A stretch of 64,000 nt of DNA, taken from the NCBI RefSeq assembly GCF_006345805.1, contig NC_042997.1, forward strand, positions 10,106,001 to 10,170,000. Reading direction: 5' to 3'. The translations under genes were made by a program, and so were the position numbers. This document shows, piece after piece, positions 1 through 13,046 of the stretch. The stretch comes from Octopus sinensis (taxonomy: Eukaryota). The first letter of the stretch is position 1, and each line of letters begins with the position of its first letter. The notes under the pieces are model-generated. The model made no database searches. It was given only the letters and a program-made list of their open reading frames with translations, and had not been told where the DNA came from.

Positions 1-74
1 GTGATTTTTGCTACTAAGGTATCGGTTAAACTTTTGATTAATCTACTACAAGATTATTCATCTTTCTATTTCAC

Positions 75-112
<38 letters not shown>

Positions 113-173
113 CACTGACATATATATATGTACACACACATGTAACACACATACACACATACATACATCACGC

Positions 174-499
<326 letters not shown>

Positions 500-641
500 A
501 ACTTCAATACGGATCAAATAATTCACGAAAATTAATTTTAGAAAATATCATTGACTCTGTTATTATTTTGTGTGACAATTTAAAAATAATAATAACAGAA
601 TCGATAATATAGGCGATTGCAGGCCCCCGAAAAGCATTAAA

Positions 642-995
642 TAGCTGAAGGATTAACATTAATCAAAGGACGTACTAAGTTTGTCTACCTGCTGGAAATA
701 ACAGTCAAAGCTCTTATTTAAATCGCCAAAATACACTGATAATAACTACAGAACTTAACCGTCCGAAGCCAAACGGGCTAAAACAATCTCCAAATATATA
801 TTCAAGTATTTGGACTCGCGTGGACCGGTTTGTGCACTGGCATAATAGCTTCAGCTTCCCCAAGAAACCTTTGAACAGTTGATTTCTGTAGCCATTATCT
901 GTGTATTTTGACGATTTAAAAAAGAGATTTGACTGTTATTTCCAGCAGATAGACATGCTTAGTATGTCTTTTGATTAATTTTAATCCTTCAGCTA
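642..995. mobile_element. MITE-like element with about 112-bp terminal inverted repeats
   Basis: Arm 642-753 (TAGCTGAAGGATTAA...CTACAGAA) is the reverse complement of 884-995 with about 12 mismatches; TA at both ends; no ORF. Confidence 0.75.
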
Positions 996-3681
996 TGCAC
1001 GTGTATGTGTGTGAGTGTGTATGTGCGTGTGTGTGTAAATATTGTTAATTAATTATCAACTAAGTTCATCCATGTGTCAGATGTGTGTAGATTTAGATAT
1101 ATGTTTATTCGTACGTAACTTCAGGAAGATCGCACAAAAACCGTTCTACAATTTCGTAGAATCTGCATTTGGAGTGTTTTGAGATGGAGAGTTGAGACAG
1201 AGCACCGTTATTATTGTTCAGGTCGCTGTCATTGTCATCACTGTTGTTTTTTAATCGATCACCATTTCTTGTCTTATTGCTCTGTTACAGTAGAATTTGC
1301 TAGTATTTGAAGTGACATCACAACACTCGTGTATTTGTTTCCTGTATTTGGCTTTCTGCAGTATATTTCATTTATTGAGATAGCAGACAGTACTATTTGA
1401 GGGAGATGTATCCGCCATTTCTACTAGGTTCACCACAACGTAAACGTCTCTCTTATTGTTGTCACCTTATGACATCTGATCATAATACATCTGTATGCAG
1501 GCGAGTACGTGCCAGCCCTAATCGAGCAGTCCTATAATGAACTATTCTTGTTATGTAGCCCCTCCCTGGCCGAGTTTCCTATATCATGTGACTAACACAA
1601 CGTCACTACTACCACTTTTTAAATAGCTAACTGCAACACTACCTCTGTCATCAACTATCAGTTGTGTCGATAAAATATGTAAATTTCATAACCTTCCCGC
1701 CAATCGACGAATAAAATTAGGGAGAGTGTTTCGATACCACCAACTACTTAGCATACATAGAACTAAAAACCTGAGTAGTAGTGAGTGATCTAAATTTGGT
1801 CAATTAGACATTAGATAATCTTTCGCCGGAAGACAGAAGATTAACTAAAATTATATATACAACAGACAGCCGTCATGTGAGCGTACTTACAGTTGAGACT
1901 GTAAGTACGAAGTAACCAAATGTGATAGGAATGCATTACTTGTTCGGTTGTTGTGCTTCCCTACAACTTACTGCGGTAATGAAATTATGACGCAAGTCTT
2001 ATTTTTATTCGTATTCGATTGCTTTAACTTAAACTGATAAATATAAACACCTTATATCAGTATTTTTTTAAAAAAGTAAATTAAATTATTATGAAGAAGC
2101 ATCTGACTAGTGTAATTTTGTCTATACATATCATTCTTGAATAATATTGTGAGTTAAAGGTGATAATATGCTACAACCACGCCTCAAACATATATTTCAT
2201 GTTTAAATTTCTATCGAAAGTTATTTACATCATATGTTATTCTCGCAAAAAAAGTTCGCCCAGAATGTTTTGTTACAGATTCTCATGAAAGAATGTGCAT
2301 GTATGCATGCATCCGCATCACCCTCCAGCTCAAAAATGTATCTAATTTAAAGGAACCGTATTCTATACACTTTGTCATTAAATGTTTAACCTGTAAAATA
2401 AATAGAAAAGAACAGGCTTTTTTTGTGTTACGATGTTATTGATGTAGTTTTGTAATGTTATTCCGTCTACTTTTTGTCTCTTATTCATGAAATTATTTCC
2501 TGCAGGGCATTGGAGGACAATTTATTAAGTTTAGTCTTCACATCTGCTTCTTCTCAACTTTATAGGTTTTTATACTGTTGTTCATGTCATATTCAGGAAG
2601 GTCTGCTTTACATGACAACCAGAGACAATAATGTTACCAGACTGTTAGACTATAAAATTAGAATTCTACTTTATATTGTGTGCGGTTTTCAAGCTTCTCT
2701 AACATCCACTAAAACTAGAAATTGTACGCGCAGTATTAATAATACAACAAATAAACAATGTAAAGCAATAATTTACGCTGCCTATAAGTTTTGCATTTTA
2801 TTATATTTATTTCCCATTCTGGAAGCCTAATTAGCAACTGAAAGCCGGTTGTTTTTTCACAATTGTTTCTGTATGTTCTGAAATGAATAAGAGTAAGTTA
2901 ACACACATGCAATGCAGTAAATTGGGCTCCACAGTAATTTTTCAGAAGTCATGAAAAATTGTGCTTTAGGCTGTAGATCCCAGCACAATGGTACACAGAG
3001 AATAAGAAACTTCTTTAAAAAACGCCCTGAAAAATATTGCTACAAACATTGTCTTCACTAATTTATTAACGACTTTATTTTTTAAAACAAGAATAAAGAA
3101 AAAATAAGACAAAAGAACGCAAAGCATACATGTATGAAGCCGGTCTTAAACTTCTATAGAGAATTCCCTAGAAAGATGAAAAGAAGAATATACAGAGAAA
3201 ATAATGACGCCGAGAACAGCAGCAACAAAAGAATACATACACACATTCATGCACATACTTGGCTTTAGCATCAAAGAACAGGGTAGGCATAGCTGTTCAG
3301 TGCTACCCAAAGGTGTGTATATATATAGTCAAATCAAAATAACAACAAAAACAAGAAAAGTCAAAAGGATGTACACAGTGATCGTATTATGTTGACGGTA
3401 AGTTTAAGAGGGAAACATTACACACACATACATACTTGACGTTGGTATCAAAGATCAGGGTTCGCTGTTTTCCAGAGAATATTTATTGAAGAGAATGGTA
3501 CAAGAAACATGCCTATATATACATGTATGCATATGCGTGTAGGGGTGTGTGTGTACATATGTATACATTTATATTTTTGTCTGTTTTGTTTTTTATGCAC
3601 ACACATACACACACATATACACGTTTGTATAGGTATACAAATATGTGTGACTGTAGATATATATATATACATATATATATA

Positions 3682-4290
3682 TTACGTTGGCAACTAAGTT
3701 CCCGGTGTTATTCTAATTTAATTTTTTAAAAAGGTTTAATAAAACAAAATAACCAATTAATCAATAATGTATTCACGCTTGTTGTTTACAACTTCTTCCC
3801 AACATTCAACAAGATTTTCCATACCTCGTTGGTAGAAATCGCCCGATTTCGACTCGAGAAATTGATCAAACCAAGCTCTCAATTCTGCATCAATATTGAA
3901 TGGAACTCCGCACATAGCATTTGAAAGAGATCGAAAGAGGTGGAAATCCGTTAGTGCCAAATCAGGAGAGTACGGCGGGTGTGACAACATTTCCCAGCCA
4001 TGCGTTTGAATGGCTTCCTTGGTCATATTGGCGATATGAGGCCGGGCGATGTCGTGCAGCAGAAGAACTCCATGCTACTGATTAGGCATTTTCTCTTGAA
4101 TAGCCGTGTTGAGTCATTTAATATGTTGAACATAGCGCTCCGCATTAACCGTTTGGTTCCGTTCAAGAAATTCATAATGGATAATCCGTTCCTAGTCCCA
4201 CCATACGCACAATATCGTTTTACGCGGATGAAGACCTTGTTTCATTCGCGGTCTTTCTTGTTTACCGTGGCTAAGCCATTCCTTACGCTG
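3682..4290 (-). mobile_element. mariner (DD34D) transposase relic, C-terminal part with terminus
   Basis: ORF 3757-4026 contains HPPYSPDLALTDFHLFRSLSN; upstream frame gives LLHDIARPH; TIR-like TACGTTGGCAACTAAGTTCCC at 3682. Confidence 0.85.
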
Positions 4291-4297
4291 CTTCCTA

Positions 4298-4483
4298 TTG
4301 ATGTACAGGAAGTTTAGTGGTAAGAGTTTGATGCTTTGGGGATACTTAAAAAGTTATGGTTCAAGAAAGTTGGTTAAAATTGACGGTAACTTGAATAGTA
4401 CCAAATACATCCAGTTGTTGAAGAACAATTTGATGCCAAACTTGGATCAAGGTGAAATTCTTCACATCTTCCCCTCTCATTAA
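4298..4483 (+). mobile_element. Tc1-like transposase fragment
   Basis: SLMLWGYLKSYGSRKLVKIDGNLNSTKYIQLLKNNL resembles the Tc1 DDE-domain segment MVWG...L..IDG.MNS..Y..IL. Confidence 0.65.
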
Positions 4484-4662
4484 GAACCCCTAGTACAAAA
4501 TATAATGATTAAGTATGGAAATGACTCTAACAGCGCCAAATTTCATCTGTAAAAAAGGTAATGCAAAACCTCCACTTATAAGTTGGCAACTGGTAGATAT
4601 TTACAATATCACATAATTTCAAATTATATATCTATATTAATACTAACTGTTAGTTGTGGAAT

Positions 4663-4820
4663 ACAGCGTGGCAGAATGATTAAGAAGTTCACTTCGCTAT
4701 TACGAAGTCCCAAATTCGATTTCTTTGCGTAGCATCAGGGGAAAGCATTTTTTACCATTGCCGCAAGCAAGTCGATCCAAGCCTTGTGAAATTAGGCGGA
4801 CGGAAATTGTAGGAAAGCTC
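4663..4820 (+). mobile_element. degenerate SINE 5' fragment (48446 family)
   Basis: CAGCGTGGCAGAATGATTAAGAAG...CCAAGCCTTGTGAAATTAGGCGGACGGAAATTG similar to 48446-48600. Confidence 0.45.
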
Positions 4821-5628
4821 ATCGCTAATTCCGCTTGAGAATTACATTAAAAGTTCGTGTCTGTGAACTGCTCAGCTATATAAGCACTAGTTCAATGATC
4901 AGGCAACTAAATCTGAGTCGTCGAAACCGACACCAATTCATTGTTTTTATAGCAATATATTGGTTATGTAGAGATGTCAGCGTTAGTAAATCGATTGGCC
5001 AATACAGCAGCTTAAAACGTTGTAGTGAATACGTGTATACAGATATAGTACAGTGAAGAATCGATTTACTCACGTTGATATAGTTTAATAACTAACTGAA
5101 TAATAGGCCTCTTAGGAAAAGAAAAGCACATACTCAACGACTGTAATTCATAAGTGCAGAATAGTCGAAAAGACAGAGCGAAAGATTCATTTTTCCTTTG
5201 ATACTATGAACAAGAAACAGAACATGATGATGGTTACATAGCTTCATGAACATTCAGGCTGCGCAACACTCACTGTAACTCTAAAAAAACCTTCCAACTT
5301 GTAAAAACAACAGACAAAATCACCAATAAATCATTATCACCGCTTTCCTAAAAGGAAAAGTGTATGCGGGATGGTCATGAAAGAAATAGCTGTCATAATG
5401 CACCTATCTACGTTAGGTGTTTAAGTTTTATATCTGCGATGGTGAATATATTTTAGAATTGCTCTGCTACCTAGTCTACTATTTTGTTCGAGTACCGTGT
5501 ATTAACGAATAGTTGTTTTACTCATACGCTTCTTTAGATGTTGACAATTTAGAGCCCTGTCAGAGACACCAAATATTTGTGTAGGCATGTTTATGTTTGT
5601 AATTTCGTAATACATACTCAGATATGTC

Positions 5629-5772
5629 TGGGTTCAAATTCCGCGGAGGTCGACTTTGTCTTACACCCTTTCGGGGGTCGATAAATTAAGTATCAGTTGA
5701 ATAATAGGGGCGATGTAATCGACAAGCAACCTTCCCAAAATTCCTAGCCTTGTGCCAAAATTTGAAACCAAT
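5629..5772 (+). mobile_element. SINE fragment (GTCGACTTTGCCTTTCATCC family)
   Basis: TTCAAATTCCGCGGAGGTCGACTTTG...GCCTTGTGCCAAAATTTGAAAC matches 21231-21440 and 47657-47865. Confidence 0.7.
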
Positions 5773-6960
5773 ATATACTCGGGTATTATATGAACTGTTT
5801 CTCATTTCTGCGCTTATATCTAGCAATGTGCTAGTGTTGTAAATATTTGCATGGAATTATTTCCGAAATATCTAAATTTATCTGCCACTTCTTCCGAATC
5901 TGTCACAATGAATACAATCTCAAAGTGTTTGCTACATAGGATTAGGGTTATGTTTAGGAATAACATTCTATTTAAAGCTACCCGATCAGCAGATCTAAAA
6001 TTTGGGCAACGTTGTATTCAGTTGGCATAGATTGCCTTGTGGGCAACAACATTTTAAGTAAATTGTACTCGCTATGGTGTCCCCAAACATACTGGATGCT
6101 TTTTTTTTTGTATTTTTATTGTTTCTAGGTAGAGTATATGTAAAACTATGCATGTATCTTTCTATGAGCAGGACATTAGAAAAACGCCAAATTTACCAAC
6201 TTCTTGTAAAATGCCTTCCTTAACGTCCGTAGAATATCCGTATAAATATCTTTGTGATTATATCTAATTGTTTGGTGATTTTGGTGATCACAAGTCTTTT
6301 AACATTACTATATATATTTATATGTTGTGTGTGTGTGCGCGCGCGTTGTGTGTATGTGTGTGTATCACACACACGCACATGCATATATATGTGTGTGTGT
6401 ATGTGTGTGTGTGTGTGTGTGTCTGTGTATATATATACTTCAAAGAGAGTTAGAGGTTGTGAATCCAACCAACAAAGGGATAGTATCTATCCAATATACT
6501 GCTGGTAGAATACCCAATTATTAATACGCAATGTTGGTTATTGCGTGGCAATTGTACTAGTGAGCGTAATAAATGGACGGGGGTAACAAGTGGTTTTACC
6601 CTTAATTTGTACGTTAAGAACAAAATGGAGGGGATCTAGAGGTAGTATGCATCAGCTGGTAGACATTATATTCTGCCTATTTATTTTAAACAATTCTGAG
6701 AATATATATACATGTGTAAAGATTGTGATTTACATATGAAGTACCAATAATTCTAGAATAGAGAATGAAGAGGAGTTTCTTACGGCTGTTTCTGCGAAGA
6801 GGTTACAGTACCCCTCATTATTTCCATCTTTTCAGTGAACTGTAGTGATCGGTAGATAAGATTAGGGTACTTGGATGTGTCTCCAAGCTTCGTCAGTGAC
6901 TTTAGAAGAGGGTCTAAAAAAGTTCAAATGGCTAATTTATGTATAAATATACATATATAC

Positions 6961-7296
<336 letters not shown>

Positions 7297-7360
7297 CAGT
7301 TGACAGAATGAAATAAAAATTCCAAGGCTGTGTATAATTTTCACGACCTTTATAAAGAGA

Positions 7361-7407
7361 TCTTAACAATTGCTTCCGGGATATTTTATACATCCTTTCG
7401 TCAGAGA
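7361..7407 (-). ncRNA. degenerate minimal hammerhead ribozyme motif
   Basis: Minus strand TCT-CTGACGA-AA-GGATG-TATAAAA-TATCC-CG-GAAG-CAATTG-TTA-AGA: core, stem II, palindromic stem III, short stem I; GAAA changed to GAAG. Confidence 0.45.
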
Positions 7408-8419
7408 CGGTGCGAGAAAATGTTTAAGTAATAATTACTGTAGAGTAGATATGAAATACAGAGGGAAGTGAAAAAATGAAAATAGAAGTGAGATGCATAA
7501 GGATTTTGTATTTGTAGTTCCATTATTTAAGCAGAATGGTGTATATATAAGTTTCCTGTACCTTATGTGTGAGTTCCAGTGGTGTTTATATTTGGTCATT
7601 CCAAACATAATCTTGTAAACAGTGTTATTCGATCGAGGAGTTTTGGGAGTGACTTAAAAATTGGGAATGTGTTTGTAAGATCAAATCAAAAACAGGAAGA
7701 GAATGGGAGGGAGTAGAAAAAAAAAAAAAAATAAAAAAATAAACAAGTGAAGAAAGGTGTGTTAGCTAGTGGTCAGGATAAAATGATAGCAGGAAGGAAG
7801 AGGTCAGGGGAGAGAGAGAAAGAGATGATAGGGTAAAAAGTGAAAGAGTGTGAGGTTTGTGAGCAGGGGTGGTGTGATAGAGCTAAGGGTAGGGTGATGT
7901 ATAAGTGGAATTAGTTTTGGTAATAAAATTGAGGTGGAATAAAGAATGAATATGTCATGTTGCTAAAAACAGACATGTGTGATAGTTTATTGGTGAAAAT
8001 GTATACACACATACGTATCCACAATTGTATACAGACATATACACACATTGACACATATATACGCATACAAACTCATGTATGTTCACACGCATTCACGCAT
8101 CTATTTTTGTATATATAAATTCATGCATACATGAATGCATGCATGCAGACTCTCACACGTACATAAATGCATGCAAATTTCAATATATATATACACACAC
8201 GAACATACACACACAGGCGGGTATATGTACATATATATAGCTACACTTACACATATACGAATCTATACTTATATAAAATATCTATATCTATGCTCATATA
8301 TATACTCACATTTGCATGCTCATGTATGCCTATATACACACGTATATACACACATACATATATACACGCAAATATATAAATACACATTTAGGCATTTGGA
8401 TTTGCGGTAGAATTTGAAT

Positions 8420-9505
8420 GTATGAGAAAGCGATGGTTGCATGTGCTTATGTTTATCTAGTAGTGTTGAAGAGTTGTCTCCAATATATGAAGTGCCTCCT
8501 TCAGGCAAACCTTGCAGGTTGAGCGTTGATCTTGGTAAGGAAACCCTGAATCCAATATGGACCATGACAAAGTATAGGGTATATGTGTATTTTTGAGATG
8601 ATGTATGTGACTGGCGAGTGTTGTAGATTTACTATGTTTATCGTATCTAAAGGAATGGAGGTGAGCGGCATATCGTTGTTTAAAATTTATGGTTGATCCT
8701 ATGAATGTGGCTGTAGAATTGTGTAATGTATTAAGGACAGTGCATTTGTAAATTACATTATATCTTCTACAATGAGTTTGCAAAGAACAGATGGCTCCAG
8801 GACGGCAGTTAAAAGTGGGCGAATTTTGGAAATTGTTTCCAGGTATAGATGAGGTAATATTGTCAGAGGAGAGGTTACAGAAGCGGGTAGAAAGGTCTCA
8901 AATATTAGTATTATTAATGTTATTGTTACTATTATTGTTATTATTACTATAGTTGTTATTAATTGTACTATTTGTAAGAGTGGTAGAGGTTGTGGTAGTG
9001 TTCTGGGTAGTGTCAATAGGATGTGTTGGGTTGTGGTTGTGGTCTAATGTAAGGGTTTCCGTGCTGGAGCTATGTGCGTATTGAGCGTTCGTGTAACTAG
9101 AGTTGTAATTAAGTGAGTTTTGATAGTAGAGAGAAAGCTTTTGGTTATTAGATATGATAGATTCGAAGTTGGGTGGGGCAGAATAGGATAGTTTTAGGGT
9201 GGATCTATTAAAGATAGAATAATATTTATGTTCACGAGGGAAGTTGGAATCTAAATATTTTAAAGAAGAATTTAGCTGAGTTCTTAACGTTAAATGAGAA
9301 GGGGAGGTGTACCACAGAATAGAGCGTCCGCCACTTTTTTAGGGTATTTAGGAGTAGTGTTATATACATTTTTTGAGAATGGAGAATAGAGGGGTGTGGC
9401 AAGACCTGTTGTTGTTAGCTGTTTTAGATGTTTAACTTTTTGACCTAGTGTTAAATGTATGCGTGCCGGGTCCTGGATGTCTATGTGTGAGATCTTCCGG
9501 GGCTC
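8420..9505 (-). mobile_element. Penelope-like element 3' part: RT C-terminus, low-complexity linker, GIY-YIG endonuclease
   Basis: ORF 8457-8783 YKC...FIGSTINFKQRYAAHLHSF...WSIL...CKVCLKEALHIL (PLE GIY-YIG); upstream frames give ILWYTSPFSFNVK and LDSNFPREHKYYSIFNRSTLKLSYS. Confidence 0.8.
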
Positions 9506-9551
9506 TATTCAACGCGTGTATGTATGTATGTATGTATATATATATATATAT

Positions 9552-9552
<1 letters not shown>

Positions 9553-9642
<90 letters not shown>

Positions 9643-9645
9643 TAG
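9553..9645. repeat. (TAGA)n microsatellite
   Basis: Direct reading. Confidence 0.95.
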
Positions 9646-12035
9646 ATATAGATATATGTATTTATATGTAGGTGTAGGTATGTATGTAGGTACATATGTA
9701 AATTGTGAATGTAACGAACAAAAAGAAAAAGAATAAAGCAACACAGGAGAGACAAGTTTTAGCAAATAATGTATTTGTTAAATGCATAGAAGGAAGAGAA
9801 AATGTTGCCAGCGTGCGGACGATAGCCTTTCATGAGAAGAAAAGTATAGAAGAAAGTAAAGAAGGATTGTGAAAGAGGAAAAGTGGTTGAGGAAGAAAAG
9901 CAAACTAGCGAGGTTTAGAGGACAAATGGGAAAGTATTTCTATGAAGGAATTTACGAAGGAAGGAGCAAGGGAGGAGGTATGTGTGCGTCTGTATGTACA
10001 TATAGGTGCGTATATGTGGTTTTATGTAGGAGAGCTGTACGTGTGGATTTGCGCTGCTTGAGTGTGTGTTGGTGTACAAATATCGAAATATAGTGGTGGC
10101 TTAACGAGGAAGCGGCATGCTGGTGTACACGTGTGATCGTTAAGTGTGTTTGAGAAAAAAAGTGGGCATGGTTAGGTGGGCACGGGTACTAGTGTGAACT
10201 GAAAGGGAAGGCGGGAGAAATATGGGGAGATGAAAGTGCATGTAACGGTATTAGCGTGAGATACCATAATGTAGAGAATTGTTATGAACAGGAGAGGAGA
10301 AAGAAAAAAGCAATACAACTCTCGTGAAAAAAAAATAATGTTCTGTGATCGAAACAATCAGTACGGCGTGTAGAAGAGTAAGAAGAATACAAAATAAAAC
10401 TTAATGTATAAGCGGAAGAGGCGAAAAGAGGAAAAGGAAAATGAGAAATAATGAACAAGTGAAGAAAAAGTGTAATAAAGAGTTTCCTCTTCTGTCAATT
10501 TTCTCTTACTTCTCTTCTGTCCCTGAATTCACTTGTTTGTTTTTCTCCTTTAGGAAAATTGAGAGAAAAATAATTACAATAAAATACTTATTAAAGAAAT
10601 CTATTTCTGTGAGGAACGAGAATTAGTGAAGAACGTAGTGGGGTAAGAGGAATGTGATGTAAAAAGTGTACACGGAAGAGGGAAAGAAAAAAAAAATGGA
10701 CAAAAAAAGGAGAAAAATATGTGAAAAGGAAGAAACGAGTTCAGGGAGAGAAAATTAAGAGAAAATTTGGGGAAAATTGTAGAAAAATTAGAGAAAATTC
10801 AGAGAAGCAATAGAGAACAATAATTACAGCAAAACACTGATTTCAAAAAACTAAATAAAGTAAAATATATAAATAAAAATACAATACTAAAAAAAGTCCG
10901 GGGATATACACAACTGGTACAAATTGCCGGGAGGTAGGAGCTAATAGACAAGTAAACGTAGTGAGAGGATGCATTTATATAGGCAGATAATAGAATTAAG
11001 GATTTTATAAGGGAAAGAAAAAGAGGAAGTTCTGAGAATCAAATGATGGTGGGAATCCTGAAATGATGAAAACGGAAACGTCTGGAGAAACGAAAACTGC
11101 AAAAATCAACCAAAGGAGTCTGAATGAGTAGCCTAGAAAATTTGGTACAATAGCAAAGTAATCAAAATGGCAGAAAGAAAATAAGTTTTTAGTCTAAACA
11201 CTGACGAGAAAGGAGGTAAGGGGATGAGAAGGGCAAATGAAAGAAGAAAGTGTAGGTGCGTGCGTATGAGTATGTATGTGCTTGTGGGTGTGCCTATATA
11301 TGATGGGGAGCTAAAGAGTTGGTGGTACGGAAAGTGTGTAGGCGAGTTTTCATACAAAGTGGGAAAGGCGGGGTAGGAGACAATACTATAAATGAGTGAG
11401 AAAACGTGTGAGTGTTTGTACGGGTGGAAAAAACGAAAACAAAAATAATTGGGAAACAAAATGGTGAGTGAATTGTGATGTGTGGGCCCGCGCGTGTATG
11501 TATACGTGAGGAGAATGGATATTTGAGGGTGTGCATATGTGAATATGTCGATATGTGTACGTGTGTGTGAATCTGCTTGTGTATGCGGGTCTGCCAAGGA
11601 GACTAGATGATAGAAAAGATTAGAAGTTTTGCAGGTGTGGCAGAGGAGTGAGTTATGAGGTGTGTTTATTTGAAAACCGTGTTAGTATGTTGAGGAAATG
11701 CGGGTTGATATGAGGGTCATGCGAGGAAAATGTTAGTGTGAATGGGATGCATTGGAGAGGCGTGAAAAATGCGAGATAGAGGCAAAGGGCATAGTGTATA
11801 TTGATTGAATGTGATGGGAGAAAAAGTTAAAAGAATTTAGGAGGTATGGATCAGTGGAGCGAAGATGTTGAGAGGGTGGCAACCCGTTGCCAAGTTGGAT
11901 GTCTCTGAGTTGCTCTGCAAACTAGTCAACCAGACGGCAGCCTGTTAAACAAGATTTCTATGATATCGTCACACTTTACGCTACTGTAAATATACATACA
12001 TTAAATATACATAAAACTACTTACTATAGCATATA

Positions 12036-12809
12036 CAGGGGTTGGACAAAACAATGGAAACACCTAGCATCATAATTTTGAAATATCTATAAAACGGTCA
12101 AAAGCTTGTTTATTTTTGTGTGTTTTTTTATTTTATTATTAGTGTTGCTTAATACATTTTGCTAAAATTGTTGTTTCTTTTCAGATATCACCAGAAAAAT
12201 GTAATTAAAATTCATCAAAATGACAGATCTATCGGACTTTAAAAGAGGTCAAATTGTTGGTGCTCGTATGGCAGGCGCTAGTGTAACGTAAACATCTGTA
12301 GTGATTTAGGGGCTATACCTAGGAAATCTGCTAACCCAATGGTTTCCCTTCATGACAGAATTAATTGTCAAGGCTATTTAAGCATTTTATCTGATCAAAT
12401 TCATTCTATGGTTAGAGAACTGTTCCCGGGGAAAGCCGCAATCTTTCAGGATGATAATGTACCAATTCACACAGCTAAAGTTGTTACTGAATGCCACAAG
12501 GAAGATTCTAGTGAAGTTGAACATCTTATCTGGCCACCACAGTCCCCAGATCTCAATATTATTGAACATTTATGGTGCATTTTAGAAAGATAAGTAAGGA
12601 GTCGATATCTTCCACTATCATCACTAGAGGAAGCGGAGATGTTTTAGCAAAAGAATGGACAAAAATTCCTCTGGAAACAATTCAACCTTTGTATGAGTCC
12701 ATACCTTGTAGAATTCAAGTTGTAATTACTGCCAAAGGCAGTCCTACCCTATGTTAAAATAAATTTGTTTAAAATGTTAAGGTGTTTCTATTATTTTGTC
12801 CAACCCCTG
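12036..12809 (+). mobile_element. internally deleted Tc1-like (DD34E) element with both TIRs and TA TSD
   Basis: TA-CAGGGGTTGGACAAAACAATGGAAACACCT ... AGGTGTTTCTATTATTTTGTCCAACCCCTG-TA (30-bp TIRs, 2 mismatches); MTDLSDFKRGQIVGARMAG N-terminus joined to FQDDNVPIH...WPPQSPDLNIIEHLW. Confidence 0.92.
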
Positions 12810-12866
12810 TAAGTAGAGAACACAACAAAGACAAAATTAAATAACATTATTTTAACATTTTATCCA

Positions 12867-13046
12867 TTAATTCCTTTTACACATTCCTAAAATATCCTGC
12901 ATAATCAAATCACTAATCCAAGTCAGCTCGGTGTCGATTAACAGATGTATTTGCGCACATAAATATGTATATTGATCGACACTGGGCTGACTTTGACTAA
13001 AGTAGATAACTGTGCTGGATTTTTAGGAATATGTTAAGAGAATTAA
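12867..13046. repeat. short imperfect inverted-repeat (MITE-like) element bounded by TTAA
   Basis: TTAATTCC...AAGTCAGCTCGGTGTCGATTAA pairs with TTGATCGACACTGGGCTGACTT...GAATTAA. Confidence 0.6.

Noticed and set aside
2100-3060. ORF 2474-2830 and a possible spliced minus-strand relic (exon 2777-2877, 68-nt intron)
   Set aside because: No recognisable domain, and splicing in phase runs into a stop (LDVREA*); cannot be supported.
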